From NCBI GenBank assembly GCA_025603075.1, contig MU626323.1:1-64000 (forward strand): DNA of 64,000 nucleotides, given 5' to 3'. The notes beneath the pieces are model-generated. The model saw nothing but the letters and a program-made list of their open reading frames with translations. It had not been told where the DNA came from and did no database searches. Below, one piece after another: positions 24,695-38,246 of the stretch. The first letter of the stretch is position 1; every line of letters begins with the position of its first letter. The translations under genes and the position numbers were made by a program. Origin of the DNA: Neoconidiobolus thromboides FSU 785. Lineage: Eukaryota > Fungi > Entomophthoromycota.

Positions 24695-27297
24695 ATGGAT
24701 AACTCGGTCGATAGTGATGGAATTAGAGGGGAGCAAGGACGTGGGAGAAATAATGAAGTTGGGAAACAAGAATGGAATAATAAAGCTAAAAGTAGATCTC
24801 ATAGTCCTGTTCGTAGGGAGTATAACACCAGTAATGTTGGTAATGTACAAGATGACAGTATGTAACAATAATATTGATTTATATTGAATATAGATTCTGC
24901 CACTAGAAGACAACGTTCGCCTTCTCCAAATGACGAATCAAGCTCAAAAAACAAATATCCAAAAGAAAACTACTATTCAAGAGGAAGATACTCAGGACAC
25001 GAAGAAAGAGGAGACAGATACAAGGATAATTCACACGGAAGATCCCGAAGATATAATGAAAACAATTACGATAGAAGTGAAAGAAACTTACCTAGAGATA
25101 GAAGGTTGTAGGATAATTTGAAAATTAACATATAATGTATTAATATTAATTTATAGACCAGCACCTGATCAGTTTGTCAGTAATTATGATTTTGATCATC
25201 CAACTAATAATAAAGTAAATGAACCAGGTATCCCCTTACCTGAAGAATTTGACAATGAGTAAAACTACTAATCAAACGATAAAATACAATAATAATATTT
25301 TACAATAGGATTCCGGAATTAGTTGACCCACTAAATATTCCAGATTTAGTTTCGATTGATTACTATGCAGATTATTTAAGATTTAATGAACCTAATCAGA
25401 GGCATTCAGATTATAATATTAAAAAACGTTATGAAGAATATAAAGACCAATATAGTGTATTACAATATAAGTACTTTTTTGAAGAGCATAAAAATGAACC
25501 TTGGTTTCAAGAAAAATACCATCCGGATTATTTGAAAGAATATAAACAAAAATTAAAATTAGAAAGGATGAAAGCGTACGAGAAATTTACTACTGATTTG
25601 AAAGAAGGCGTTTATGATGATATTTGTTTTGATGTACCTAAAGCAGGTAAATCTGTTTATTTTTAGCTTTATTTTTATTGACCTTTTTATAGCATTACCT
25701 GATATCAGTTTAGAATTAAGTGTTAAAAAAGAAGTGAAGGAAGAAGAGGAAGGACCAAAGCTAGAAAAAAAAGAAGACGGAGAAGAGGAAACGAAGAAAG
25801 AAGAGGTAGTAGGTGAAATTAGAGAAGAAAATAATGATGATAAAATAGATATTGAGGATTTACCAGCTTTATTTATAAAAAGTATACCACCATCAATTTC
25901 TAAGGCCCAAATTTTAGAAGTAATAACAATACTATACCAGATTCGTTATATATTAATCTATCAAATAGGTTTGTAAAAAAGCAGATGGATTTCGTTATTT
26001 AATGCTTGGAGAGCCTAATATGCTTAAAAGATTTCATCGAATCGGATGGGTGTTCTTTGAAATGGGTACAGATCTTGATAAAGCATTGGAAGCAGTTGAC
26101 AAAACTAATGTAATAGCAATGACAATATAGTAGAGTATATGATTAATTATATTATTTTTAGGTGGATGAATTTACTTTATATTTTGGAAAACATTTGCAA
26201 AAAAGTAGTTTACGCACTGCAAATGAAATATCCAATACAGCAAGACGTATCAGTATTGATTCGTTACAAGTACAAAAATTAGTTAAATATTATGAGACAA
26301 TGTTTGATAATGAAATGCCATGCAATAAATTAATCCAAGAACGACTTGAAACTATATTCCGTAAGAAGAGAGTTGAGAACTTTGCACTACCAAATGATGA
26401 TTTATATGAAGTAAGTAAATTTAAATAATAATTAGCTAATGATTAATAATTTTATAGACTAAACAAACACTTGATCTATATTTAGCTTGCCTTAGAAATA
26501 TATTTTGTTTTTGTTACTATTGCTGTGTGGATTCAGAGAATCCTATGGAACTTCAAAGAAAATGTAAAAATCATTTAAGATCCTTACCAAGAGTAGTGTC
26601 AACTCGCAGTGGTAATTAATTAGTTAAAACATATTGATAAAGTAATAATGATGTTAATTTAGGTGATATTTGGGTTGAACAATTAGATACTAAAATTGAG
26701 AGGAAATTAATTAATGAAGACGATTATAGTGAAATTGAAAAGATTGGAGGAATTAATGTTAAAAAAATAACGGAAGAAATAATTGATAGTAAGGGATATG
26801 TTGAAGAACTTACTGAAAGTAAACATAAATGTAAGATATGCAATAAACTATTCAAAGGGAGAGAATATGTCAAAAAGCATATCTTAAGTAAGCATATGGA
26901 TGCCTTAAATACTGAAGTGAGTTTGATGAATTATAGTTATTATAACAATTACATTAGAGATCCAAATCGTATTGTTCCATTATCATTGTCACAACCTATC
27001 AATCTATCTAACAATCAATTTATTGGGAATAATAATACCAAAAACAACAATAATAGTCATCACCAAGGTGTTTATCCATTAATCCAAAATAATACATTAC
27101 TTAATAATAAAAATAATGCTACTTTGAATTATCCAGGTGTTTACCCGATTTCAGCTTCCACCACAACTAACATACCAATCCCAAATATGGTTATTACATC
27201 CAATAATACCAATTTAAATAATAATAATACTGCTAAAGATCCACGCCAGATTACCTCTTATGTTGATTTAGATGCTCCAGATGATTTTGCTTTTTGA
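24695..27297 (+). CDS. ARS2: SERRATE/ARS2 RNA effector, multi-exon
   Basis: FFEEHKNEPWFQEKYHP, FCYYCC, C2H2 finger CKICNKLFKGREYVKKHILSKH, YIRDPNR, C-terminal SYVDLDAP. Confidence 0.88.
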
Positions 27298-27427
27298 TTA
27301 TAAAAAATAAATAAATACTATGCTTGCTAAACTATTTCTGTTTTCATTTTATTATAGTTGTTATATAAATTTGAAGAAAGGATGACATAAAGGTATGATA
27401 AATAAACAGCTTTTACTATTATCACAT

Positions 27428-28149
27428 TTAATTCAACTGCTTAATTTGTTTAATTTTGCTCAAAATAATTTCACAATTTTTGACTATCTGTTGTTGATTT
27501 GACAATTCGAAACCTACTTTAACATCTTTTTTAAGCTGCTGTATTAACTACAAAATGAAAAATTAACACGAGTTATTTAGAAACCCTATAGTAAAAAAAC
27601 TACCTCATTACAATTGCCAACGTGTTGAAATATAGTATCAACTGAATCACCTAAAACCTGATTAATTTTTTAAATAAAGAGAGAGTTAATTCTACCATCA
27701 ACATCTTCCTCCTCTTTAGTGACCTTTACCTTATCTAAATGGGGTAAAAAGCACTTTTCAAAAAATTGAATAAACCGTCCGATTTTATCTTTAAATTGAT
27801 CATAATTCATCTCAGCTAACCAGGAGTTTTGTTTTAAAGGTGTGGTTAATATATTATCATCGGCTGTATTTGTACCTAGTTTCTAATTTATTTAAATTAG
27901 TTTTGTTTTTGAGTTTCAATACATTATGATTACTCTTAAATTATTTAGCTCAAGGTCTAGTTCTTTTACTTTAGTTTGCAAAGCTTGTTTTTTCTGGAAT
28001 AAAGAGGATTCGTCTATATTGTTATCATTTACGCTATTATTGCTATACTCAAATAGCTGAATTTGGTCACTAAAAATTAATTTTAACTTCTCATCATCCT
28101 CGATTATGTTATTTAATAGCTGAGCTATATTAGTGTATTCAGGTTCCAT
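27428..28149 (-). CDS. Hypothetical coiled-coil protein, 4 exons
   Basis: Three GT-AG introns join the exons into one open frame ending ..IKQIKQLN*; no family recognised. Confidence 0.55.
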
Positions 28150-29148
28150 TTGGTTTGTTAGAGTGTTATTATAAAGAGTTATATTTTATTATTATTAGTC
28201 TATAATGAGAATAGTAGGTTTTATTTTGTTTTTCTAAAAATTAAGGGAGTGAATAATTTGCTAATCATGAATTTTGCATTTAATTTTGCTGCAATTTTCA
28301 TAAATTATCAATTCCAGCAACTCTATTAATTAAAATAATAATAACAGTAATATTACAAATCAACTGCTTTATTATCATAGCTTTTAGTATTGTTATTTTT
28401 AAGATTTCTAAAAAGTCAGAAACTCGCAAATGCTTTATTTGTATCTAATAAGTTTTTAACATCCTTAATAAAGATGAATTAAATATTAATGGAATTTTAT
28501 GGTGCTCTACAAAAAAATGAACTTCTACACTATTCTCCATGATTTTCATATTTAAATCAATTACTCTTTTGTGCGCAAATTGTCTTGTTTTGCTTATAAA
28601 TGTTTATACCCGAAAACAAATATAGATTTATGCTAGTTAAATGTCTATCATATGGCCTAATTCGTTTATTATCTGTAATTATCTTTTATCGTACAAATAA
28701 TATAAAAGTTAATATGAAGATTATTTCTTCACACAATCAGGCCCCTTTTGCTTGTTCGGAAGAAAAAACTACCACCATCTTTAAATTATTTGTGTTAGAT
28801 GTATGCTTTTCACCTAATTTGTTTCATAGCATTTTAAATATTCCTGTAATGCTGGTTATCTGATACAAAAAATACTAGTTTTGTACTGTAAAGGATATTA
28901 GTTAGATTTTTGTATATAATAATTTCAAAAAATATTTTCAAAGTTATATTGTATAAACTTTGGGTTTATTTTTATCTGATTTATTATTATATTAAAGTAA
29001 ATTTTATGCAAAGTAGAGTTATTTCTCTACTCAAAAAAAGGAAGAAGATACAATCATAAAAGGATTAAACAAAGGAACGAACTATATAGAAAAAAAGAGA
29101 TGACAATTAATTAATCTAAAAGCGAATCATTATTAATGATAACTTAGA

Positions 29149-30717
29149 TCAGAAATGATTAAATTGGTATTGCAAATTTGAATCAAAATGCAAATTTGGG
29201 TCAATCGAGTTATACTCATCCGTTGGTGAATTTTTTGCAGTAGGTAAAGCAGAATGGAAAGCGGTTGGTACTGGAGTAATCACACCAGTAGTATAATAAG
29301 CATCATATTGTTCTTGGGAATTATAATATGAATAAAAGGGAGCTTGGTTGACAGTGCCATCATAATTCATATTAACAGGTGCCAGTGCTACTGAATTCGA
29401 TGGATAATCAGCAGCACTATCTTGAGTTACTTTCATGCTATTGTGATGGTTGATAAAACTAATTTTCCTTTCTTTTGATTTTGATTTGCTTATAACATGT
29501 TTAGCAGTGGCTCTTTTATATGGATAAAAACCTCCGGCGTCAAGGTAATGGCCTGGAGAGCGGCCACGAACAACGATACTATTGCTATGCCTTGTGGTAA
29601 TAGGTACTAAGGTACCATCTTCCAATTCAGCCCATAATTCTAAGTTGAGATTAAAATAATGATGTTGATTTTTACGACGACCATTATTTGCTGTTGCTTT
29701 TTTAAATTGTAAACGATCAAATAATACGCTCTTTTGTAATAGAGTTGAGCCATAACTTACACATGGAGTAATTGATTTAAACTTTGGTGTTTCCCTTGGT
29801 CCTTTATCACGCTTAGTGGTATGTTGCACTAAATCGATGCCTTGCTTATCACTTTCACAAGTAGCGGTTAAACCAATGAAAAAAGCTTTGATGGGAGTAG
29901 GGCTAATATTGTTATTTTTAATCACTAAATTATTGAAATTGTTGTTAGATAAATCGACCTCATTATTATCTTGGTCAAACATATGTAAATTACACGTCAA
30001 CTGAAAATAATTTCTACGATAACAGGTCACCTTGTTTTCAGCCATAAAAAAACCTCGATCGATTTTTACACTTAGCTTTGGGATGAGCGTTCTTTCTCTA
30101 ACACCCGGTATACCGCTAGGATTGTTCTCGATATAAGACAACTTGCTCAAGTCTTTGTATTTTAAAAAAAAAAGATCTTCAGTTACTACATCAGCGCTAT
30201 TGGTACCAGATAAATCATCTTCACCTTCATTATTAGCCATAGCAGTTGGAGTAGTATTGATAGGATTAGAGCTAGGATTAGAGCTATTAACATTATTGTT
30301 ATTTATGTTATTGAGTGCTGAATGATATTGCTGTTGATAATGGTAGTGTTGATGTTGATTAGTATTAGTATTATTAAATGACAATGGGGGCAGCGATAAA
30401 TTTTTAATATTTCCACCCAAATGATTAGGATTAATGCTTGGTGAGTCTGTATAGCTATATAAAGAAGAATTACTAGCATTATGTGTGTAGTTAATGGCGG
30501 TATTGTTGTGCTGGGAAGGATGATATAAATAGTTGGAATTAGCTTGTCTATTCATTGAATCATAGTAAACGGGTGGCAATTGATAGTTAGATGAAGTCAT
30601 AGCATTGTAATTACTGGTGTCAACTACTAAAGACGATGGGTTGTTTATTAGTGTCATATCCATATTATTACTATTATGTATAGTGGCAGTGGTATATTGG
30701 GATACTTTATTACTCAT
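29149..30717 (-). CDS. NDT80/PhoG-family transcription factor, intronless
   Basis: IDRGFF..TCYRRNYFQ, FDRLQFKKATANNGRR..HYFNL, IVVRGRSPGHY. Confidence 0.92.
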   Translation of the reverse strand: MSNKVSQYTTATIHNSNNMDMTLINNPSSLVVDTSNYNAMTSSNYQLPPVYYDSMNRQANSNYLYHPSQHNNTAINYTHNASNSSLYSYTDSPSINPNHLGGNIKNLSLPPLSFNNTNTNQHQHYHYQQQYHSALNNINNNNVNSSNPSSNPINTTPTAMANNEGEDDLSGTNSADVVTEDLFFLKYKDLSKLSYIENNPSGIPGVRERTLIPKLSVKIDRGFFMAENKVTCYRRNYFQLTCNLHMFDQDNNEVDLSNNNFNNLVIKNNNISPTPIKAFFIGLTATCESDKQGIDLVQHTTKRDKGPRETPKFKSITPCVSYGSTLLQKSVLFDRLQFKKATANNGRRKNQHHYFNLNLELWAELEDGTLVPITTRHSNSIVVRGRSPGHYLDAGGFYPYKRATAKHVISKSKSKERKISFINHHNSMKVTQDSAADYPSNSVALAPVNMNYDGTVNQAPFYSYYNSQEQYDAYYTTGVITPVPTAFHSALPTAKNSPTDEYNSIDPNLHFDSNLQYQFNHF

Positions 30718-32994
30718 TTAAAAGTAAGAAAAAGTAAAAAAGAAAGTTGCAACTAAAAAATGTGGATTTGTTTTTTTATTTATACCAAAGCAGGTGGGAT
30801 GATAGTAATAATAAATTATTATTCACTTATTACTGATATTTTAAATTACTAAATAAATGAATGATTAGACTCTTATTAAAATAGTTTTTGACTTGGTTTT
30901 AATTTTACTGGGTATTGGATTCCCACACCTTTATATAATTTGATTTGAATTTTAAAAATTGGCCAATCACTTTCGGTTATTTTTAGTCTTCTAATTATTG
31001 CTCTGTTCTTAGGTGAGTGAAATTATCATTAAATTATTCTATCTAATATCCAAATCTAAGGTTATCTTCAAATTCATTGTTTACCAAATAATTGTACTCT
31101 TAAAAACTTACATCGTATACTATTATAATATTAATTGTATGTGAGGAATACTTGTAACAGTCAGTCAAAAAATGAACTTCAAATAAAAGAAAGTAGCAGG
31201 AACATTATGTTTAGTTATCATTGATTCTTAAATTATTCATTTAAAATAATAAACTATTGCTTATTAGGAAATCATTTATTTAGAAATTCCACCGCTAATT
31301 CCAGCAACTTCAAAACAACCACCATTTTTTTGCTTTATAATTTCTCGGTTCTATATAGTTTATTCTTGATCTAGCTTTGAAAATTTCAGGTTGACCACCA
31401 TCCTTTATTTTTGGTCAGCTGATAATCTATGCTAATTTAAAGATTTTTTAAAAATAATGAAATAGTACTAAATTAAACATAAATTAGCTTATATTTTATG
31501 AAACTAAATAAATTTGTTTAATTTAATAAATTAAATATTATTAATGATAAATTTTCAAGTCTAACCTATAGTATGATTTCAAGTAAAGCCAATCATGAAC
31601 TATTATTTCTATCCCCATCAACCCAAATTGTTAATAATACCGAAAGGATTGTGCCTTTTTATATTTTAAAAAGTATATTTTTATTATTACATTTATTTAT
31701 AGCTATAAAGAATAACAAATTATCGGATTAAATGAATATAAAATACTATATTATACAGTTTTAATTTCAGTAAAGTTGCTTTAATACTTGAAAAAAACTA
31801 AACTAATGTTTTTTTTAAAGTGCCGGTAGCACTAGTAGTAAAATATTTTAGTTAATTTAGTACTTCTTTATGAGGTTATAATTAATTTTTTAACTTTTAT
31901 TAGATTGTAACATTTTTTTCGGTAGTAATTTAATTTTCATGCTTCCTCTCTACCTCTTCTTTTTCATTCTTATATCAAAAACCCAGTTTATTCTTTTGTT
32001 GAATAAAGTAACGGTTCCAAATGATTAAACTATTTTTAGTTTACTAGCAGACAAAACTCAATTCAAGATGTATAAACTCGGCTTAATTTATTTAATAATG
32101 TTTATTGCAATTTATTTTAATTTCTAAATTAGATCCTTCATTAAAGTTTGTACTATTATTAACTCTTTGCTTTGTTTTGGTATATTCTAGGTTATCCATT
32201 ATTGCTTGTGTACTTTTTGTAAAAAAATCAAAAAACTTTACGAATTCACATTTTATTGTACTTACTAGATCTGGACTATCAACATTATGATTTTTATTTT
32301 TGTTCAATAAATATAATGTTTTATATTTTAACTACATTTATTTTGTGTATAACTTAAATAGCTCTAGTATGAAAGTTAAATTTTCAATAGAATTGCTACT
32401 AACACAGGTTTGATTTAGTCAAAATAAGCTTAAAATTGTGTGAAATATTTACTATAACATTAAAGTATACGATATATAGATACACAGTAGTTTTTTATAG
32501 CAATATTGGTAGATTTGTGTATAATCATGCAAAGAAATAGCTGTGGATTACACAGAAACTAGACTGCTGTTGTAGATTTGAATAGTGGTTGTTTTGCAAA
32601 GCTTGCGTGTGTCTAAGCTTTATAGAAGTTTTTGTGCATAAATTTAGTTTAATGAGTTGACGCAAAGTCACAATAATTAATTAAAATTATTTAGTATATA
32701 AAACAGCCATTATCATTAATAAAATTCATGTAGCAATTTTAAATAATGAAAAATATACAGCTATCCTATTATTACTTTGAGGTTTATTTCACTAATATTC
32801 AATATACCAATAAATAAGCATAGCAATAGCTTCATTCAATTAAGCAAACTGGAAAATAAGTAAATCAAATATCTAAAGAGCTATTCGGTAGCCCATAATG
32901 ATGAATATGTTAATATTATCATTAATACTTCATTTTATTATCTTCTTTATATATTTAAATTAATTAAAGTCATACCAACTGTGTTTAGCTTTAC

Positions 32995-33819
32995 TTAATC
33001 CTCGTGATTTAAACTATCCCATTCTAAATTACTTACAACTCTGTTTCTTACTACATTAAAAATAAATTAATTTATTTATAAATGAATAAAAACAATACCT
33101 ATTTTATCTTCAATTTTATCAAGTTCTTTTGCTACAAATATAAATATCAAAATTCAAATAAACTTTGACTTAATTATACCTAATTTGATTAAGCCCTTCC
33201 AATTCTGAGAATATAACACTTCAATGATACGTTCAACGCCTTCGTCTTGACCTATATATCATATATAAAAGTAAATCAATTGAAGTAAAAACAAAATACC
33301 TCTAGAACTTTGGGTTAAATCAATAAACTCAAATAGGTTTTGATTACACCAATAAATTAATTTATTCAATTCCATTTCATCGCAATCTTTATTATCATTT
33401 AATAAAATACAAAATCTCAATTTGACATCATCCCTTGGTAAAACTGCTAATATTTTTTCCAAATCATTTTTAGTCATTTCCTAAAAATCAATATCGTTAA
33501 CTCTATTTCATTGTAAATCAAAAACTTACTTCTTCTCCAGGTCTAAACGTATAAAAAAGGCCCACAAAAGTATTACTGTAAAGTTTAAAAAATCGATAGT
33601 CTTTATTTACAAAATCATCATCTTTGATCGTATTCAAATAAAATTTCAATTTTATTTTAATTGAGTCTATGTTTAACTCAAACGGAACTACAGATTCTGG
33701 CTCATAATAGCCCTCTTTATGCCCTAACTCAGATGCTAAATCTTGGTGAAATGGTTTATGTTTTAGTTTGGATATCTTTATTATTATTATTTAATTGATT
33801 ACGTTCTATAAATCCCCAT
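32995..33819 (-). CDS. Putative alpha/gamma-adaptin-binding p34 (AAGAB/Irc6)-like protein; start uncertain
   Basis: Spliceable exons include FEFIDL and GVERIIEVLYSQNW, resembling the p34 G-V-x-R-I-x-E-A-L...W motif. Confidence 0.45.
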
Positions 33820-34506
33820 TTTCTTAATTGCTCTCTTCCTAATACTAAAATTTTGTTTCTTATTATCATTTTGAATTAAAAAACAACCTATGATTTTTAA
33901 TTGCTGCAAATTATATTATTTTTTCGAAAAAGAATGAGGATTGAACAAAAAGGATTATATTAAAGTCATTATGAAAAATTAACTAAATTTTTAAATGCAT
34001 TATATTATATTTGATATTTTAGCTTATGTAATAAAGTTACTATAGATTCTATTAAGAGCTATTTTAATTGCTCAACTTTATTTAATCTTGGTATTCCTTT
34101 TTTACTCCGAAACATTTCCCTCTATGCTTTTAATTATTGCTGAATGGTTTTTTGACAATTTGACACGTATTACAGCTGTTGCAACTCTATTGTGATATAA
34201 TTCGTAATGATTTTTAGAGCCCAATTATTTTCTTATTTGATTTTTCCAAGGCTGATCTTTATATTCTAACCTGATTTTGATAAATTATATTCTGTAATGA
34301 ATGGTTAAGTATGTCGAAATAGAATTGGAGCAGCTCTATATACAGGTTTTTATTTTTTATATTACTAATCATAATTTAAATTTGACTATTTAAAAAAATA
34401 GAATAATGATCTAAATGATATAAAAAAGATAATCAGTTTTACATAATGACGTTTCACATTATAAATATAAACAATTTTAAAAAGTATTTAACTAAATTAA
34501 TTTGAC

Positions 34507-35927
34507 ATGTTGAAAGTTTTAAGAATAATTAAAAAAATGTCACCATTGATCGAAGCAAGAAAAAGTGCTACTATAGCTGCAAACCCTTTAAAATCATTAA
34601 CCAAATTTACTCCATTCTCACCACAGAACGAAAGCTTCGTTAAAATGAACGAAATCATTGGCAAGAATCATAACAATGATATGATTCATGGTGGTTTTAG
34701 AGCTAACCATGTAGTACACGCTATCTGCTCACTATATAAAATGGGAGGTAACTTCAAATATCAATCTAACTTGGAATAGCTGATAAGTGTTAATAGCATC
34801 CTCTGAACTATTGGAACAGTATTATAATAAATCAATGACCTACCTTGAACCATTACCAGAAGACAAATATGATATAAATATTGAAAATTATGAAAAATAT
34901 ATAGCTATTAAAGAGTAAGATTAACGTTTTTTGCTTTCTAGTTATCTAATTTATTTATAGTGCATATTCTTCTTACTTGAAGTTTTTTGATAAGCAAGTT
35001 AATGAGCTGGGGGCTATTTCTGCTTTAAAAAAATATATTCCAAAAATTATCCCAGGGCTTGCTGGAGCCGCACTACACCCTTTGATTCATTTAGGATATG
35101 CTGTAGAATTCAATAACCCAATAGTTGCAGTAGAAGGCTTAGCCTATGCCTATAGCCATTATCTTGCCCTTGATAATATCATCGATTCTATTCAACCTGA
35201 AGAAATAAGTACAGAGAATATTGAAGAAAAATTGGCCAAAATGAACATAAACACTGCTAATCCTAAAAGCTCCAAAACTAAGTCATATTCCGCCTATCTT
35301 ATATTAGAAGAGTTGAAAAATATGGGAGTGAAAGCCATTGACGAAGAACAAAGAAAAGGGGAGTTTTTTAATTCAATTAACTATATAGTAGAAAATAATG
35401 GTTCTAATTTAGTAAAATTAGCAACTAAATTTGGAGTAAACAAAGACAATATTGAAGAATGTAATAATGATTTAAGTATTGGCACTGTTGAGATATTTAG
35501 TGGCTCTTATCGTCAAAATACTTTTGACTTCTTCTTATTACACGGCTTAACCGGGAACCATGGTGCACGTACTCTTTTACCTATTTTGGAATCCAAAGAT
35601 AAAGTTCGTTTGCTTAATCTTAACTTTAGCGCTTTAACTATTCTTTTCTTAATTCAAGGTGCTCCAAAACTTAGTGAAATATCTAAGTCAATTCCGAAAG
35701 AAATTGAAGGTGGGAAAAATGATGACCATTCATGGTCAGAGATTTATACACGTTCTGGTGAATCCTTAGATGCCCACCTTATCAAAGGTGTCAGAAATCT
35801 CTATGAGTTGCAAAAAGAATTTGGGGAAATGAATGGACTCTTCTTTAAACCTGCTGCATTTGCAGCATTGGATATTCCTAAAAATAACTGGAATTTTAGC
35901 GGTATCGGTTATCTTCCAGAAAACTGA
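34507..35927 (+). CDS. Questin oxidase / AflY-family oxidoreductase, paralog B; 3 exons
   Basis: Same motifs and intron positions as paralog A; start at either ATG 34507 or ATG 34537. Confidence 0.85.
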
Positions 35928-36019
35928 TAGAAGTATTTATTATTAGCACATTGTTGTCGGGAAATATATTGAGAATACGCTTAAAGCATCGCCACTATAA
36001 ATTTCTGTCATACAACTAA

Positions 36020-36075
36020 TTTTAACTAATCAAATAAACTTTAGGAGGATATTAAGTTAATTTGATTAGTTAAAA
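36020..36075. repeat. Short inverted repeat (hairpin)
   Basis: TTTTAACTAATCAAAT (36020-36035) pairs perfectly with ATTTGATTAGTTAAAA (36060-36075). Confidence 0.8.
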
Positions 36076-36299
36076 CTCTCATGACATGACTTAATTTTAA
36101 AATATAAAATTGCTCGCTTTTATGTATTAATAAATTTAATCTTTATTGAAAAATTGATTTTTTGATTCCAATGTCAATAACGTAAGATAATGATTACATG
36201 TTAAAGAATTAAATCTAATCATCAACAATTTTACTGGGTTTTCATGACTACACACATACATTACTTACGATTTAAATTGATTGTTCATAATTACAAATT

Positions 36300-36353
36300 C
36301 ATTTTTCATAATTATAAGAAAGTTAAATAATTTAGCTATAATTATGAAAAATG
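36300..36353. repeat. Short inverted repeat (hairpin)
   Basis: CATTTTTCATAATTATA (36300-36316) pairs perfectly with TATAATTATGAAAAATG (36337-36353). Confidence 0.8.
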
Positions 36354-36373
36354 GATCTATAATTTGAGTATAT

Positions 36374-36465
36374 GGGGATGTATTTTGTGTTTAAGTTTTA
36401 CTAGCAGTTTTTCCGCTCAAATAGCGCTGAAGATGAAAAAGTAATGAAGCCGAAAAAATACCACC
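36374..36465 (+). mobile_element. MITE copy 8
   Basis: GGGGATGT...ATACCACC with ATAT flanks. Confidence 0.85.
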
Positions 36466-36894
36466 ATATCTATAATTATATATAATTTAAAAATTGGATT
36501 TTTTTTATGATTTAGCGATACCTAATATATAAACTTAATATATATTAAACTACTGTAATTAAACACAAAAATATAACTGTTATGATAAAACTAGTTACTA
36601 AAAACCGATTATTTAGAACTCTTTTATACTATTTGATTACTATTTGAGCCTTTACCTTAGTTAATTTTAGTTGTAAATTAAATTCTAGATTTTGATAAAT
36701 AAATTCACCACTACTACTATATACTAATGTAATAATAACTATGTGTAACATTGAACTTATCAATAGAATAGTTTTTTTTAAAAATTATATCAGCTGTAGT
36801 TAATAATGAAGTAACAGGTCAATAAAGATGATAACTTATATCTAGAGGAAACTATATAAAGCTGATAGATGATAAGTAGGTTCAATAAACAAAA

Positions 36895-38246
36895 ATGGAT
36901 AGTCATATTAAAACAATAACAGAACAACGAGAAAGCTCAATTTTAATTGAAGACAAAAACGTGTTTACTCCTTTAATACCACAACATAGAACTTTGGTAA
37001 GGATGTCTGAAATTATCCACCATAACCATGATAATCATGATATTATTTACCAAGAATTTAAACCAAATTCTGTTGTACACGTTGTATGTTCGCTTTACAA
37101 AATGGGAGGTAACTAAAAAACCAATTTATATATCAAATTGCTTATAATATTATTTAGCTGCACCAAAACATTTAGATGACTACTATAACAAAGTGAAAAA
37201 TGGACTTAATAGTTTAAGTGAAGTCAAATATACTATTAACACTGGAAATTATAAAGACTTTATTGGTTATAAAGAGTAAGACTTTATTTGTAAGATTGAA
37301 TACCTCTTAATTTTATTCCTATAGCTCATACTCTTCCTATTTAAAGTTCTTTGATCAACAAGTCAAAGTACTGGGAATGACACAAGCTTTAAAAAAATAC
37401 ATTTCAGCTGCCATTCCTGGGCTCATGGGAGCTTTTTTAAATCCATTAGTTCATATAGGGTGTGCTGTGGAACTTAGCAATCCATTAGTTGCTGCTGAAG
37501 GTTTAGCTTATGCCTATAGTTACTATGTTTCCTATGAGTTATTTAAAACTATTGAACTTAAAGAATTCGAAAATGAAAGTGAAAAAGAGTCAAAAAAGAT
37601 CGAACATAATGACTATGTTAATAAGTCAGAGTTTAAATCTTATTCTGCTTATCTTATAAGAGAAAAGCTGGAAGAAATTGGGACTGAGCGATTAAAAGTA
37701 AACGAAGGGGGGAGAAACAAGTCAATCATGATGCAGAATGTGATTGAAAAAAATAGTCCTAATATATTAAAGTTAGTCAAATATTGGGGTGTCAATAAAA
37801 ATAATATTGATGAATGCATTAAAGATTTAAGTATTGGAACAGTTGAAATATTCAGTGAATCGTATCATAAGAATATTTTTGACTTCTTTTTCTTGCATAG
37901 TTTAACTGGGAACCATAGTGTACGTACTATTTTGCCTATATTGGATCTAAAAGATAAAGTTCGTTTGCTCAATATTAACTTTGTAGCTTTAACTGTTTTT
38001 TTTTTAACCCAAACTATTCCAGAGCCTGCTGAAACATTTACTTTAATCCCAGAAGAGATTGAGGAGGGAGAGAACAATGATATTCTATGGTCAAAAATCT
38101 ATGACAGCTCTAGAAAATCTCTATATGCTCGACTTATTAAAGGGACTAGAAGCCTTTATGAATTACAAAAAGAATTTGGGAAAATGAATGGACTCTTCGT
38201 TAAACCAGCGGCATTTGCAGTTTCGAATGTTTTAAGAAATGAGTAA
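36895..38246 (+). CDS. Diverged questin oxidase-family paralog C; 3 exons
   Basis: Both introns conserved and in frame; several conserved His substituted; stop at the position of a C-terminal Trp of paralogs A and B. Confidence 0.75.

Noticed and set aside
28600-28863. 87-aa ORF downstream of NDT80
   Set aside because: No motif, intergenic-like composition, no plausible partner exons.
31280-32700. GC-richer patches and short ORFs that might be snRNA, snoRNA or small genes
   Set aside because: No Sm site, U-snRNA signature, paired C/D boxes or spliceable frame could be established by eye.
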